Part shown: positions 47,557 through 57,225 of the stretch, piece after piece | How the letters are laid out: each line of letters opens with the position of its first letter | Position numbering within the stretch: position 1 is the stretch's first letter | Source: Cytophagales bacterium | Lineage (GTDB): Bacteria; Bacteroidota; Bacteroidia; Cytophagales; JAAEPT01 | Assembly (NCBI GenBank): GCA_965267335.1 | Contig: OZ253953.1 | Span: 1,818,662 to 1,882,661 of the forward strand | DNA: 64,000 nucleotides | Reading direction: 5' to 3' | Made by a program: the position numbers and the translations under genes | Notes under the pieces: model-generated | Databases searched by the model: none | Told to the model about the DNA's origin: nothing | Seen by the model: only the letters and a program-made list of their open reading frames with translations

Positions 47557-50500
47557 ATGATACGCCTTAAAAAAATTTTATTGGGCGTTGCAATGACATT
47601 ATTGACCGTGACGTTGCATGCCCAAACCGCTACGCCTGTAGAGGCGTACGGACAACTTTCCGTTTCAGGAAATAAAATGATTAGTAATAATACCGGACAA
47701 CCTGTTCAACTGCGCGGAATGTCCTTGTTCTGGAGTCAATGGGAACCCGAGTTTTATACCTCAACCGCGATTTCTCAATTACGGAACGACTGGTGCACTG
47801 ATATAGTACGAGCTGCAATGGCGGTGGAAAGCGGTGGCTATTTGACAAATGCAACGGCTGAAGAGAATAAAGTCAGAGCTGTAATTGATGCGGCCATCGA
47901 TCAGGGGATGTACGTTATCGTTGACTGGCACGACCATAATGCACACAACCATACTAGTCAGGCAGTGGATTTTTTCTCAAGAATTGCACAAGATTATGGT
48001 AGTTACCCGAATATTATTTATGAAGTATTTAACGAACCTTTGAACATAAGTTGGTCCGGAAACATAAAGCCATATTGCGAGTCCGTTATAGCTGCGATAC
48101 GACAACATGATCCCAATAACATTATTGTATGCGGAACACCACAATGGTCTCAAAGAGTAGATCAGGCTTCTAATGACCCGATAACGAGTTCAACGAATAT
48201 CATGTATACCTTGCATTATTATGCCGGGTCACATGGTGCTACTTTGAGGTCCTATGGTGAAACTGCTATGAATAACGGGATAGCACTTTTTGTAACAGAG
48301 TTTGGTACCGTAAATGCCGATGGAAATGGTGCGGTTAATGAGGGTTCGTCAAATACCTGGTTCAGCTGGATGGATAGTCATGACTTGAGTTATTGTAACT
48401 GGTCCCTTTGCGACAAGGACGAGGGGTCAGCAGCACTAAGTCCGGGTACAGGTCCCAATGATGATTTTGAAACTAATCTTACTACTTCAGGTAGTTTTAT
48501 GTACAATCATTTTATTTCTACTTGTCCTGATTATGGAAACCCGCCTGATCCTGTTTATATAGATGTGCCTTCAAAAGTAGAGGCAGAGGATTATTCTTCT
48601 ATGTCTGGTATACAAACAGAAACAACCACCGATGCGGGTGGAGGTCAGAATGTTGGGTACATTGATAACGGAGATTGGATAGAGTTTAATATTAATGCAA
48701 CGGTTTCTGGAAATTTCAATTTTGAGTATAGGTTGGCTTCCAATGGTGGAGGCGGATCCTTTGAGTTATATATTGATAATACTTATGTGCACACCGTAAA
48801 TATTGGAGATACTGGTGGCTGGCAAAATTGGATCAGTACCAATGAGAGTGTAAATCTATCACTAGGTCAGCACACTATGAGGCTTGAAGCAACCGGGGGA
48901 GGATGGAACATTAACTATATCGATATTACGGCAAATGGTGTGGTGGATTGTAATGGTGATCCTGGTGGATCAGCAACCATTGATGATTGTGGAGAATGCT
49001 CCGGTGGCAATACCGGAGTCACTCCAAACTCATCATGTGTACAAGACTGTAATGGTGACTGGGGTGGAACCGCTGCAATAGATGGCTGTGGTGTATGCGC
49101 AGGAGGTAATACCGGAGTTGTCCCCGGTGAGTCTTGTGGTGGTGGTTGTCAACCTGGCTTCGGTCCCAATGGAATTTACGATGATTTTACCCTTGATACA
49201 GACCCGTTCAATGATAATGGAGGTGTGTATTCGTGGGGAGAAGCAGACCTCGGGGGAGATTCCAATCCTAATTTTCAGGCCATTGTACAACGGAATGCAG
49301 GTGCTGATAGGCTCGATGTTGAAGTCACTCAGGCCCAGGGTGAATATATTCCATTTGGTTTTTCATTTGGAGAATCACCGGTGCGAACCATTGATATCAG
49401 TTCAGATGGTACTTTTGAATTTGAATTTGAGAATACATCCAGTGATGATATTAACATCAACATAGCTATTCAGGATGTTAATGGTGACCTCATAAACACT
49501 TTTGCCTCAGCCAATGGACAGGCATTTGGCGATGCTTACTTACATGCCATTTCTACAAGTGTTAACGCAGGCGCTACCCGTACGTATTCCGGTGATTTTT
49601 CCAATGGGTATTATGCGGATTATGGTGCCGGACAATATGTTAGCACCTTTGACTACACTCAGGTCGCTACAGTCCTTATTACTGTAGTCAATCAAGATAA
49701 TACGGGCGCACCAAATTATCAACCACTGGCTATCAGTGGTACGACCATTGAAATGACCAAGATTAAAATAGGAGACTGTTCAGGAGCATACAATGACAAT
49801 GGAAAAGACTGTAATGGTGAAGTTGATGGTACTGCGTATGTAGATGATTGTGGTGTGTGTGCTGGAGGAAGTACTGGCATAACTCCAAATTCAACCTGTA
49901 CTCAGGATTGTAACGGAGAGTGGGATGGTACCGCATCTGTGGATGATTGTGGTGTATGCTCCGGTGGAAATACAGGAGTAACTCCAAATTCTACCTGTAC
50001 CCAGGATTGCAACGGAGAGTGGGATGGAACGGCCTCGGTTGACAACTGCGGAGTGTGTTCAGGAGGAAGTACAGGGATAACTCCAAACTCAACCTGTTCA
50101 CAGGATTGTAATGGGGAATGGGATGGCACCGCATCCGTGGATGATTGTGGTGTATGCTCGGGTGGAAATACGGGAGTAACTCCAAATTCTACCTGTACCC
50201 AAGATTGCAACGGAGAGTGGGACGGAACGGCCTCAGTTGACAACTGTGGAGTTTGTTCTGGAGGAAGTACAGGGATAACTCCAAACTCAACTTGTACGCA
50301 AGATTGTAACGGAGAATGGGATGGAACGGCCTCGGTTGACAATTGTGGAGTTTGTTCTGGAGGAAGCACTGGAATTACACCAAACTCAACCTGTTCTCAG
50401 GATTGTAACGGAGAATGGGGCGGCACGGCTTATCTTGACGGGTGTAACAATTGTGTGGCCGGTAATACTGGTCAATTGCCTTGTGATGATGATTGTGCAG

Positions 50501-51240
50501 GTGTTCCCGGTGGCTCAGCTTCAGTTGACAATTGTGGAGTGTGTTCTGGTGGTACAACGGGTATCACACCAAATTCTACCTGCTCACAAGATTGCAATGG
50601 TCAGTGGGGTGGTACAGCGAGTATTGATGATTGTGGGATATGTTCAGGAGGAAACACAGGAATAACACCCAACTCAAGTTGTACCCAAGACTGTAATGGA
50701 GATTGGGGAGGTACAGCCTATATTGATGGATGTAGTAACTGTGTTGGTGGCAATACGGGAGCGCTTCCGTGTGGAAACGACTGTGCAGGAGTAGCAGGAG
50801 GATCCGCATCCGTTGATAATTGTGGTGTTTGCTCTGGTGGGAATACAGGGATTACACCGAACTCCACTTGCACACAGGATTGTAACGGTGATTGGGGAGG
50901 AAGTGCAGACTATGATGTTTGTAATATTTGTTCAGGAGGAAACACTGGACAAACGCCTGAAACAAATCCAGACAATTGCATTAATTCAGTTGATGGTTTA
51001 GTGGACGGGGTTATGTTTAAGGTATACCCGAATCCATTTGAAAATTATTTGACTATTGAAGTTAATAACGACCTCACCTATAACTATACCATGACCAACC
51101 TACATGGTCAGGTGGTTTCATCTCGACAGGGAGCCACCGGTAACCTTAATTTATCTTTGGACAATATGTCGGGGGGAGTCTACTTAGTAAAAATCAGTTA
51201 TTCGGATAGTACGCAAATCATCAGGGTAACTAAACTGTAA
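47557..51240 (+). CDS. Glycoside hydrolase family 5 endoglucanase (cellulase) + CBM6 + Cys-rich 33-aa repeat arrays + T9SS type A C-terminal sorting domain
   Basis: 1227-aa ORF with a signal peptide. GH5 motifs are 'IYEVFNEPL' (acid/base Glu) and 'LFVTEFGT' (nucleophile Glu). The CBM6-like segment is 'VEAEDYSSMSGIQTETTTDAGGGQNVGYIDNGDWIEF...GGWNINYIDI'. Repeats have the form 'DCNG.W.GTA..D.CG.C.GGNTG'. The C-terminus 'FKVYPNPFENYLTIEV...GVYLVKISYSDSTQIIRVTKL' is a Por_Secre_tail. Confidence 0.9.
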   Translation: MIRLKKILLGVAMTLLTVTLHAQTATPVEAYGQLSVSGNKMISNNTGQPVQLRGMSLFWSQWEPEFYTSTAISQLRNDWCTDIVRAAMAVESGGYLTNATAEENKVRAVIDAAIDQGMYVIVDWHDHNAHNHTSQAVDFFSRIAQDYGSYPNIIYEVFNEPLNISWSGNIKPYCESVIAAIRQHDPNNIIVCGTPQWSQRVDQASNDPITSSTNIMYTLHYYAGSHGATLRSYGETAMNNGIALFVTEFGTVNADGNGAVNEGSSNTWFSWMDSHDLSYCNWSLCDKDEGSAALSPGTGPNDDFETNLTTSGSFMYNHFISTCPDYGNPPDPVYIDVPSKVEAEDYSSMSGIQTETTTDAGGGQNVGYIDNGDWIEFNINATVSGNFNFEYRLASNGGGGSFELYIDNTYVHTVNIGDTGGWQNWISTNESVNLSLGQHTMRLEATGGGWNINYIDITANGVVDCNGDPGGSATIDDCGECSGGNTGVTPNSSCVQDCNGDWGGTAAIDGCGVCAGGNTGVVPGESCGGGCQPGFGPNGIYDDFTLDTDPFNDNGGVYSWGEADLGGDSNPNFQAIVQRNAGADRLDVEVTQAQGEYIPFGFSFGESPVRTIDISSDGTFEFEFENTSSDDININIAIQDVNGDLINTFASANGQAFGDAYLHAISTSVNAGATRTYSGDFSNGYYADYGAGQYVSTFDYTQVATVLITVVNQDNTGAPNYQPLAISGTTIEMTKIKIGDCSGAYNDNGKDCNGEVDGTAYVDDCGVCAGGSTGITPNSTCTQDCNGEWDGTASVDDCGVCSGGNTGVTPNSTCTQDCNGEWDGTASVDNCGVCSGGSTGITPNSTCSQDCNGEWDGTASVDDCGVCSGGNTGVTPNSTCTQDCNGEWDGTASVDNCGVCSGGSTGITPNSTCTQDCNGEWDGTASVDNCGVCSGGSTGITPNSTCSQDCNGEWGGTAYLDGCNNCVAGNTGQLPCDDDCAGVPGGSASVDNCGVCSGGTTGITPNSTCSQDCNGQWGGTASIDDCGICSGGNTGITPNSSCTQDCNGDWGGTAYIDGCSNCVGGNTGALPCGNDCAGVAGGSASVDNCGVCSGGNTGITPNSTCTQDCNGDWGGSADYDVCNICSGGNTGQTPETNPDNCINSVDGLVDGVMFKVYPNPFENYLTIEVNNDLTYNYTMTNLHGQVVSSRQGATGNLNLSLDNMSGGVYLVKISYSDSTQIIRVTKL
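48946..49149 (+). repeat. Two copies of the Cys-rich 33-aa module (first block)
   Basis: 'DCNGDPGGSATIDDCGECSGGNTGVTPNSSCVQ' and 'DCNGDWGGTAAIDGCGVCAGGNTGVVPGESCGGGC'. A ~215-aa unrelated domain separates them from the main array. Confidence 0.75.
49807..50979 (+). repeat. Main array of ~12 tandem 99-bp (33-aa) Cys-rich modules, with a 198-bp two-unit super-period in the core
   Basis: Unit starts are at 49807, 49906, 50005, 50104, 50203, 50302 and 50401, exactly 99 bp apart. Looser copies then continue to ~50979. Core units alternate between '...SVDDCGVCSGGNTGVTPNSTCTQ' and '...SVDNCGVCSGGSTGITPNSTC(S/T)Q'. Confidence 0.9.
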
Positions 51241-51268
51241 CTCTTCATGCTCCGGGTATTATGATATC

Positions 51269-51988
51269 ATGCGAATGATTATTGTTTTATCCGGGGCTTT
51301 ACTTCTTTTTATATCGAAGGCCACGGCTAATTATCCCACCAGACCAAATAAAGTCCATGTTTTAGCCAAAGCTTCAATAAAATTCCGAACGCATTTTAGT
51401 GATTTTCTTTATCTCAAAATGCCTAATTTGTTAGTGATAGATACCAGTCCATCAGCAATAGAACTTCAAGCCGATGGTGCTTTAATAAATCGTATCAAAG
51501 ACTCTGTGGCAGCGACTTATTCAATAATTCCGATTAAGCCATCTTTGAAAATCTATTTTATCGATTCGCTAAGTGGAGATACGGTGGCCGCCAAGGAATT
51601 CAAAGTAAGATTGGTCCCTGCTCATAATATTAAACTGACCATTGATGGAAGAATGTACCAAGGATATATTCCGGCATTTAATCATGTGAAGCAAATGGAA
51701 GTTTGTGTCGAATGGGACCAGCGTTTTAGAGAAGCTTTTCCTGACGAGTACTTTCGATTCAGAGTGACTAAATTCGATATCTTCTTGTTGCGTGACAAAC
51801 GAGCAATTGATCAAATTCAGAATTCGTCACAAATTGTAGATATTCAGGAGCTAATGAATAAAGCCAAATCAGGTGATAGGTTGCTAGTTAATCTTTATAT
51901 GATGAAGGTAGAGGAAAATGGCAAGTTGAGCTATATGAACTGCGGAGTGCTTTATACCTATACATTAGGCAAAGAAGAAAAGCCATGA
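51269..51988 (+). CDS. Secreted hypothetical protein (weak resemblance to the GldM C-terminal-type beta-sandwich pattern)
   Basis: 239-aa ORF, 28 nt after the GH5 stop, with signal peptide 'MRMIIVLSGALLLFISKATA'. The segment 'EFKVRLVPAHNIKLTIDG...FRFRVTKFDIFLL...SGDRLLVNLYMMKVEENGK' loosely recalls GldM_C-like domains. The family call is low confidence. Confidence 0.45.
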   Translation: MRMIIVLSGALLLFISKATANYPTRPNKVHVLAKASIKFRTHFSDFLYLKMPNLLVIDTSPSAIELQADGALINRIKDSVAATYSIIPIKPSLKIYFIDSLSGDTVAAKEFKVRLVPAHNIKLTIDGRMYQGYIPAFNHVKQMEVCVEWDQRFREAFPDEYFRFRVTKFDIFLLRDKRAIDQIQNSSQIVDIQELMNKAKSGDRLLVNLYMMKVEENGKLSYMNCGVLYTYTLGKEEKP

Positions 51989-52235
51989 ACATTATTGCGC
52001 ATGGCTTCTGTAACCTACCAAAGTTTAGATGTGATGTGTGCTTCCCTAACGAATGGTTACAGACAATGTTGTATTCATTTGTAATTATCTCTAACTGTTA
52101 GAGCCTAGAGTTAAGTCGCAAAGCCTTGTTCCTATAGTGTAATAATTTAATCAAAGTCTGGCTCTTTTGCGTCTTTGTTATCATATAAAGAACACACTTA
52201 CTTGTTCCATATATAATAGACTTTATATTTCATAT

Positions 52236-53243
52236 ATGGATAAGAAACACAAGATCAGGTGGGGTGTTTTGGGTACTGCTAACATTGCGACCAAGAAAGT
52301 TATCCCAGCTATTCAGAACGGAGATAATTGTATTGTCACTTCAATCGCATCGCGTGATCTTCAATCGGCACGCAACTCTGCTGAACTGTTAGGGATCAAG
52401 AATGCATATGGTTCCTACGATGAGTTAATTGCGAACCCTGATATCGATGTAGTGTATGTGCCACTACCCAACCATCTTCACTTCGACTGGACTAAAAAGG
52501 CAATGAAGGCAGGTAAAAATGTGCTTTGCGAAAAACCACTCGTCTTAAATTCCACACAAATAGATGAACTAAGGTCCTTACGTAATAGTAGTGGGGTAAA
52601 GGTTGGAGAGGCATTTATGGTAAAAACCGCGCCTCAGTGGAGAAAAGCAAAGGAAATCATCAAGTCAGGAAGGATTGGTGAGTTGAGAAGTATTCAGGGG
52701 TTCTTCAGTTATTACAACAACGATTCAGATAATATCAGGAATATCAAAGACTATGGAGGAGGGGCTCTGTGGGATATTGGTGTTTATCCGGTGTTTACTT
52801 CGCGTTACATTCTTGATGAGGAACCGGAAAAGGTTATGTGTGATTTGGAGCAACATGATGGGTTTAAAACCGATGTACTTGTTTCTGCGATGGTAAGGTT
52901 TCCGGGGCTGACATTAAGTTTTACCTGTTCTACCTTGATGGTGCCCTATCAAAGAATGAATTTTTTTGGTATTGAAGGAGTCCTGGAAATTATGATTCCA
53001 TTCAATGCTCCAATAGATAGTGACTGTATTATCAAAATCCATAAAGGAGATATTTGGGAAAAGAATACAGAGGTTATTAAAATTCCGGCATCTGACCAGT
53101 ACACAGTTCAGGCCGAAGAGTTTAGTGATGCGGTGATGGGCAAAGGTGTAGTGCCGGTGTCTCTTGAAAATACATACAACAACACTAAAGTAATAGAAGC
53201 ACTCTTCAAGTCGTGTGATAGTAGTGCCTGGGTAACGGTCTGA
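52236..53243 (+). CDS. Gfo/Idh/MocA family NAD(P)-dependent oxidoreductase
   Basis: The track ORF starts at TTG 52167. ATG 52236 gives 'MDKKHKIRWGVLGTANIA' (Rossmann GxGxxA at the N-terminus) and 'NVLCEKPL' (the family EKP motif). Confidence 0.85.
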   Translation: MDKKHKIRWGVLGTANIATKKVIPAIQNGDNCIVTSIASRDLQSARNSAELLGIKNAYGSYDELIANPDIDVVYVPLPNHLHFDWTKKAMKAGKNVLCEKPLVLNSTQIDELRSLRNSSGVKVGEAFMVKTAPQWRKAKEIIKSGRIGELRSIQGFFSYYNNDSDNIRNIKDYGGGALWDIGVYPVFTSRYILDEEPEKVMCDLEQHDGFKTDVLVSAMVRFPGLTLSFTCSTLMVPYQRMNFFGIEGVLEIMIPFNAPIDSDCIIKIHKGDIWEKNTEVIKIPASDQYTVQAEEFSDAVMGKGVVPVSLENTYNNTKVIEALFKSCDSSAWVTV

Positions 53244-54131
53244 CTACAGTTTTGGAATAGTCACCTTTTCGATACAACCCCGGTCTTGAAGGGTAACATA
53301 AACTTCAGTGCTTTCCTCCAGCTCTACAATGGCTAAATTAGAAGGCTTTTGGCCTTTTAGTTCGTATGTATTGAGTAGTTGGCCATCCTTACTTAGGATA
53401 TCGATTTTGCCTAATCCATATCGGGTAATCCACAGATTACCTTGTGAGTCGCATCGCATTCCATCCTGGCCACCTTCTTTAAACTCATAGAAAAGCTCCT
53501 TTTTTTCTACCTCTGGCATTCCTGAAGGTTTTAGTGGATATTTCCATACCTTTTTTTGAACACTTTCATTGACATATAGGAATTTGCCATCTGGACTTAC
53601 TTCTATACCATTGGTTGTTCCTACTTTGCTTTCAAACATGACTGGGGTGTTGTCAACGATAAACCAAAGCTTACCCGTTGAGTCGGACCAGTTGGGGTCT
53701 GAACAATAGACATTGTCATTATAAATAGCCAGGTCATTCGGTTGGTTCAATGAGTCGCTATGTGCCAGTACTTCAATATCCTTGCTGAGGATATTTATTT
53801 TGAGCACATTATGTCCGGTATAATCTGCAACGTACATGATCGTATCATTGACAAATTGAATTCCATTTCCAGTACTACCTTTGGGTAAATCCACAAAAAC
53901 TTCCGAAATACCGTCAGGGCTGACACGACCGATTGTACCGTCTGTTTTATAGTTGACAGCATAGACATAGCCATTCCTGTATTCCGCTCCTTCAATTCCT
54001 TCAGTGAAGCCGTTTTCCTGTGTGAAGTCAGCAATTAGGTATTCACTTTTCGTTTCAATCATGTTTTGCGATTCGTTGGAACCTGAACAGGATACCAAAA
54101 GAGCGGTTATAGCTATTAATAGAATTCTCAT
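53244..54131 (-). CDS. SMP-30/gluconolactonase/LRE-family six-bladed propeller lipoprotein
   Basis: 295-aa ORF with lipoprotein signal 'MRILLIAITALLVSCSG'. Blade motifs include 'PNDLAIYNDNVYCSDPN', 'TNGIEVSPDGKFLYV' and 'GQDGMRCDSQGNLWI'. Its stop abuts the stop of the convergent oxidoreductase gene with zero spacer. Confidence 0.8.
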   Translation of the reverse strand: MRILLIAITALLVSCSGSNESQNMIETKSEYLIADFTQENGFTEGIEGAEYRNGYVYAVNYKTDGTIGRVSPDGISEVFVDLPKGSTGNGIQFVNDTIMYVADYTGHNVLKINILSKDIEVLAHSDSLNQPNDLAIYNDNVYCSDPNWSDSTGKLWFIVDNTPVMFESKVGTTNGIEVSPDGKFLYVNESVQKKVWKYPLKPSGMPEVEKKELFYEFKEGGQDGMRCDSQGNLWITRYGLGKIDILSKDGQLLNTYELKGQKPSNLAIVELEESTEVYVTLQDRGCIEKVTIPKL

Positions 54132-54447
54132 GCTTTTAATTTATTAACTGCAGCACAATATAAAAATTCAGAGGATTAAAATTTCATTTTTTTTTTGTGG
54201 TGTTAGTAATGTGATAAAATATTTATTCTTTCCTCCAATATCATTGAAAAAACTGATTAAATCCCATAATAGGGCAATGAAAAAACGTTATTTAGGTGTT
54301 AATAACATTGTTGTAATTCCATGGTTTTTTAAAGGAATTTTATTGAAAAAAATTAGAGTTGCTTTCCAATTATTTATGAAAAAGTACATTGAGTTAAGTA
54401 AGTAAAGTAAACGACTCGCTTTGTAAGGTAAGCGTAAGTTAAGGTGT

Positions 54448-54481
54448 AAGTGGCCACTGTAATATGGTGGCCACTTTTTTT
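54448..54481 (+). terminator. Orphan plus-strand Rho-independent terminator
   Basis: The stem 'aagtggccac' (54448-54457) pairs with 'gtggccactt' (54467-54476). The loop is 9 nt and the T-run is 7 nt (54475-54481). No convincing plus-strand gene lies upstream. Confidence 0.55.
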
Positions 54482-54857
54482 ATTGTAAATTAACCGGGTA
54501 ATGAGGTCGGCAACCAAATTGTATATCAAAGGCAACGATTAATGTGAGTATAAGAAGACCTAAAATGATATAGCTACCCATAATCCAAATATTGATATCC
54601 AACAAGGTAAGCCAAAACCCTCCTCCAGTCAGACCGGTAAGGTGAATAAGCCATTTGGTAAAAAGCCATATCAATATGCTTCCCATTAAGAGAGTGAAGA
54701 TTTCTCGGAATACACGGATGATTTTTTTCTTGGGCTTGGGAAGTTTTTTATTAGCGTCTGTACAAGTAGTAGTATCGGGGGTACGGTGTACAGAAGGAGC
54801 CGAATAAGAACAATAGCTGGCAAAAAGAACTATAACAATAAACAATAATCGCATCAC
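54480..54857 (-). CDS. Small hypothetical membrane protein
   Basis: 125-aa ORF with an N-terminal signal/TM, a Lys-rich linker 'KKLPKPKKKIIR' and two or three further hydrophobic helices. I recognise no motif. Confidence 0.45.
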   Translation of the reverse strand: MMRLLFIVIVLFASYCSYSAPSVHRTPDTTTCTDANKKLPKPKKKIIRVFREIFTLLMGSILIWLFTKWLIHLTGLTGGGFWLTLLDINIWIMGSYIILGLLILTLIVAFDIQFGCRPHYPVNLQ

Positions 54858-55035
54858 TTACTTTTTATGGTAGATGCGCAATCATCATACTTTTCATAAA
54901 ACAAGAGCAGTTTCAGAACGAAACTGCCCTCAGTTTGAAAGTACGAACTAAAGTAAAAAGCAAGTCAAAAAAATACTTTTACTGAGGTCTGTACTAATAA
55001 TGACCGGGACTTGATCAAAAAGGTTGCAATCTTGT

Positions 55036-55785
55036 TCAGGTATTGGCTCCAGTGTTATCAGTTTTTAACCATTCCGATTCAAAACTCTGTGTCTTAATCT
55101 TATCACCGCCTTGGCCAAACTGTGTAATCTTGATTGTAAAATCTTGGTCATCCTTATTACCTACATACACAGAGACCATTTTTTGCGCTTCAGTCAAGAA
55201 CTTTGTTACGTCACCATTCTTGCCAGTAATTTCTACAAGAAGAATACTTTCAGGCCTGGCTGAGGAAGTGAATACGTAGGAGAGTGGCTTATCTTTATAA
55301 TAGTTTGTCTTGTCAAGGTTGAAGTTCACCGTTGTAACTGTCTGATTCTTTACCTTATGAATTTTATGTCCTCCGAAAAAATAAACTCGATCCATGAAGT
55401 TATTTTTCTTGTTGTCCTCCAGGTTCAAAACGAAGCGATAGGCGCCCTCGGGCCTAAGTTCTTGTGTAGCTACAAGGGCCAGGTATTGATTCTTTGGGAG
55501 GTTCTTTAGTGTATTCCTAGACTGAACTAGCTTAATAGTTTTTTTGGTCAAGGTGTCTTCAAGTGCCAGGTAATAATGCTGCCCGTAGTTTTTGTATTTA
55601 TTGTCGTAATGATTTGTAGAAAAAAAGAATACCTGCCCATCCGCAATAGTATTACGCCCATTGCTTATATAACTAATACTTGATCCACCGTAGGGGCCAC
55701 AGGTATAACCGCTTGTAGAGATGATTATCGACAGAATAAAAAATAACGTTTTCATGTTTTTGAATTTTGATTGTACATAACTCAA
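55036..55785 (-). CDS. Secreted hypothetical protein
   Basis: 249-aa ORF. The internal ATG at 55755 gives a cleaner signal peptide, 'MKTLFFILSIIISTSGYTCG'. I recognise no family motif. It lies directly downstream of the AraC regulator on the same strand. Confidence 0.5.
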   Translation of the reverse strand: MSYVQSKFKNMKTLFFILSIIISTSGYTCGPYGGSSISYISNGRNTIADGQVFFFSTNHYDNKYKNYGQHYYLALEDTLTKKTIKLVQSRNTLKNLPKNQYLALVATQELRPEGAYRFVLNLEDNKKNNFMDRVYFFGGHKIHKVKNQTVTTVNFNLDKTNYYKDKPLSYVFTSSARPESILLVEITGKNGDVTKFLTEAQKMVSVYVGNKDDQDFTIKITQFGQGGDKIKTQSFESEWLKTDNTGANT

Positions 55786-55849
55786 AGGTCATGAATAACC
55801 TGTCTGTTTGATTGTAAATTTCCTGAAAGCTATTGAAGATTTGCCTTGT

Positions 55850-56716
55850 TCACCTATATTTTTTTGCTCCCTGTGATTTGAATTCATTTGGAGTTAGTCC
55901 GGTTTTACTCTTAAAAAAATTACTAAAGTGAGCAGGGTCATTGAAGTTAAGTTGGTAGGCTATTTCTTTTGCCGACTGTGCAGTATACACGAGCAGTCGT
56001 TTGGACTCTAATATAAGTCTCTCTTTAATTATCTCACTTGCCGTGCGACCAAGAAACTTTTTTGTGAGATCGTTTAACTGGTCAGGTGAAATCTCAAGAT
56101 AGTCAGCATAGACCTGTACCTGATGAACCTCATTAAATTCCATTTCAAGTGTTCTGATGAATTTCTGGACCATGTGATGTTCCTTAGTTCCGAACCCAAT
56201 TTCGTTTTTGTAGTACTGCTTGCACTTCAATAACAGTATGTTCAGGTAGGATTGGAGAATGTCTACATTGGAGAGCAGGTTGGAATGGTACTCTTTGTCA
56301 ATGCTTTTAAAAATTCCATGAATGACTTCAAACTGTTCTTTATCGAACTCAATAGTTGGGTCCTTGGTGAAGTTATGAAAAAAAGGTAATTGGTACAGGA
56401 GGTCCTTGTTGAGAATTCCTGAGTGTGTAAAGTCCCTTGAGAACATGATGACGAACCCATTGGAATTCAGTTCTCGGTTGACCTGATGTATTTGTCCGGG
56501 TGAAATGAAGTGAATACTATGGCCAATGATTTCATGAGTTTCAAAATCAATTATATGTGTCCCACCACCGTTTTCGAAGAGAAAAATCTCATAATAATTA
56601 TGTCGGTGTGGAACATCAGTATTGTATTTGTTCTTGTAGTTAAGTTGTTCAAGTCGGAATGCAATGCTTGTATTGTCATCCTTTGTGAAGTTGTGAAAGG
56701 GTATTTTTTCCGACAT
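55850..56716 (-). CDS. AraC family transcriptional regulator
   Basis: 288-aa ORF. The N-terminus is cupin-like ('HRHNYYEIFLFENGGGTHIIDF'). The C-terminus is HTH_18 ('SAKEIAYQLNFNDPAHFSNFFKSKTGLTPNEFK'). Confidence 0.9.
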   Translation of the reverse strand: MSEKIPFHNFTKDDNTSIAFRLEQLNYKNKYNTDVPHRHNYYEIFLFENGGGTHIIDFETHEIIGHSIHFISPGQIHQVNRELNSNGFVIMFSRDFTHSGILNKDLLYQLPFFHNFTKDPTIEFDKEQFEVIHGIFKSIDKEYHSNLLSNVDILQSYLNILLLKCKQYYKNEIGFGTKEHHMVQKFIRTLEMEFNEVHQVQVYADYLEISPDQLNDLTKKFLGRTASEIIKERLILESKRLLVYTAQSAKEIAYQLNFNDPAHFSNFFKSKTGLTPNEFKSQGAKKYR

Positions 56717-56883
56717 GATGCTGAATTTATGAAAGTCTATAACATATTGGACTAATATGGCCTGTTATTTTACATTTAAGCCTTTTTTTATGGGGATTTG
56801 TTATTGATGATAATGAAATCCTCTATGCTTAGTATGGGTGTTTTTGCTTAGTAACGTGGGTTGTTATGGTGCGCTTGTGCTAC

Positions 56884-56912
56884 AAAAAATCCCGGAACGA
56901 TAATTCCGGGAT
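56884..56912 (-). terminator. Orphan minus-strand Rho-independent terminator upstream of araC
   Basis: The stem 'atcccggaa' (56889-56897) pairs with 'ttccgggat' (56904-56912), with a 6-nt loop. The plus-strand A6 run at 56884-56889 reads as a U-tract on the minus strand. Confidence 0.6.
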
Positions 56913-57016
56913 TAATTTCCCAACTACTGGGATTAAATAGTTGAAAAAGATATCAAAAAATCATTGATACGGTCAATACTGTGATTAAAGCAAGCAAGAT
57001 TACTGTATTGTTGTAT

Positions 57017-57024
57017 CAAACATA
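57017..57024 (-). promoter_or_regulatory. Candidate minus-strand -7 box (TATGTTTG) that could drive a ~125-nt transcript ending at the 56884 terminator
   Basis: The reverse complement of 'caaacata' (57017-57024) is 'tatgtttg', an exact TAnnTTTG match. No ORF lies between it and the terminator. Confidence 0.25.
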
Positions 57025-57225
57025 CCTACTTTAACGGGATTCGGTACACCCGGATGTCAGGTATTAGTGAACGTGTTATTCCCCTATGTGAACGATAAGG
57101 TTTATTTATTCAACGATAAGTCTAAATTTTGAATTAAAAGATTACTAATTGTCTTGAAAAGGTATACATACATAGCTTGTTTTAGCTGAACGTTTATCTT
57201 ACACGTTCATCTTACCACTAAGTGA

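Noticed and set aside
49902-50369. 155-aa minus-strand ORF and several 60-127-aa ORFs in other frames across the GH5 repeat array
   Set aside because: They are repeat-induced frame artefacts. Each is periodic with the 99-bp unit and overlaps the well-supported GH5 reading frame. None has independent start or motif support.
49807-50400. Exactly spaced 99-bp repeats as a possible CRISPR array or non-coding satellite
   Set aside because: The units are contiguous with no unique spacers. They are in frame within a long ORF and differ almost only at synonymous positions, so they are a protein-coding repeat.
54211-54405. Small track ORFs treated as genes: 54211..54405 (+), 58011..58274 (-), 63353..63559 (-), 63523..63777 (+), 1214..1435 (+), 6670..6870 (+)
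   Set aside because: Their compositions are typical of translated AT-rich intergenic or antisense DNA. Most overlap well-supported genes or structured intergenic elements, and none has a recognisable motif. They were kept only as context for possible ncRNAs.
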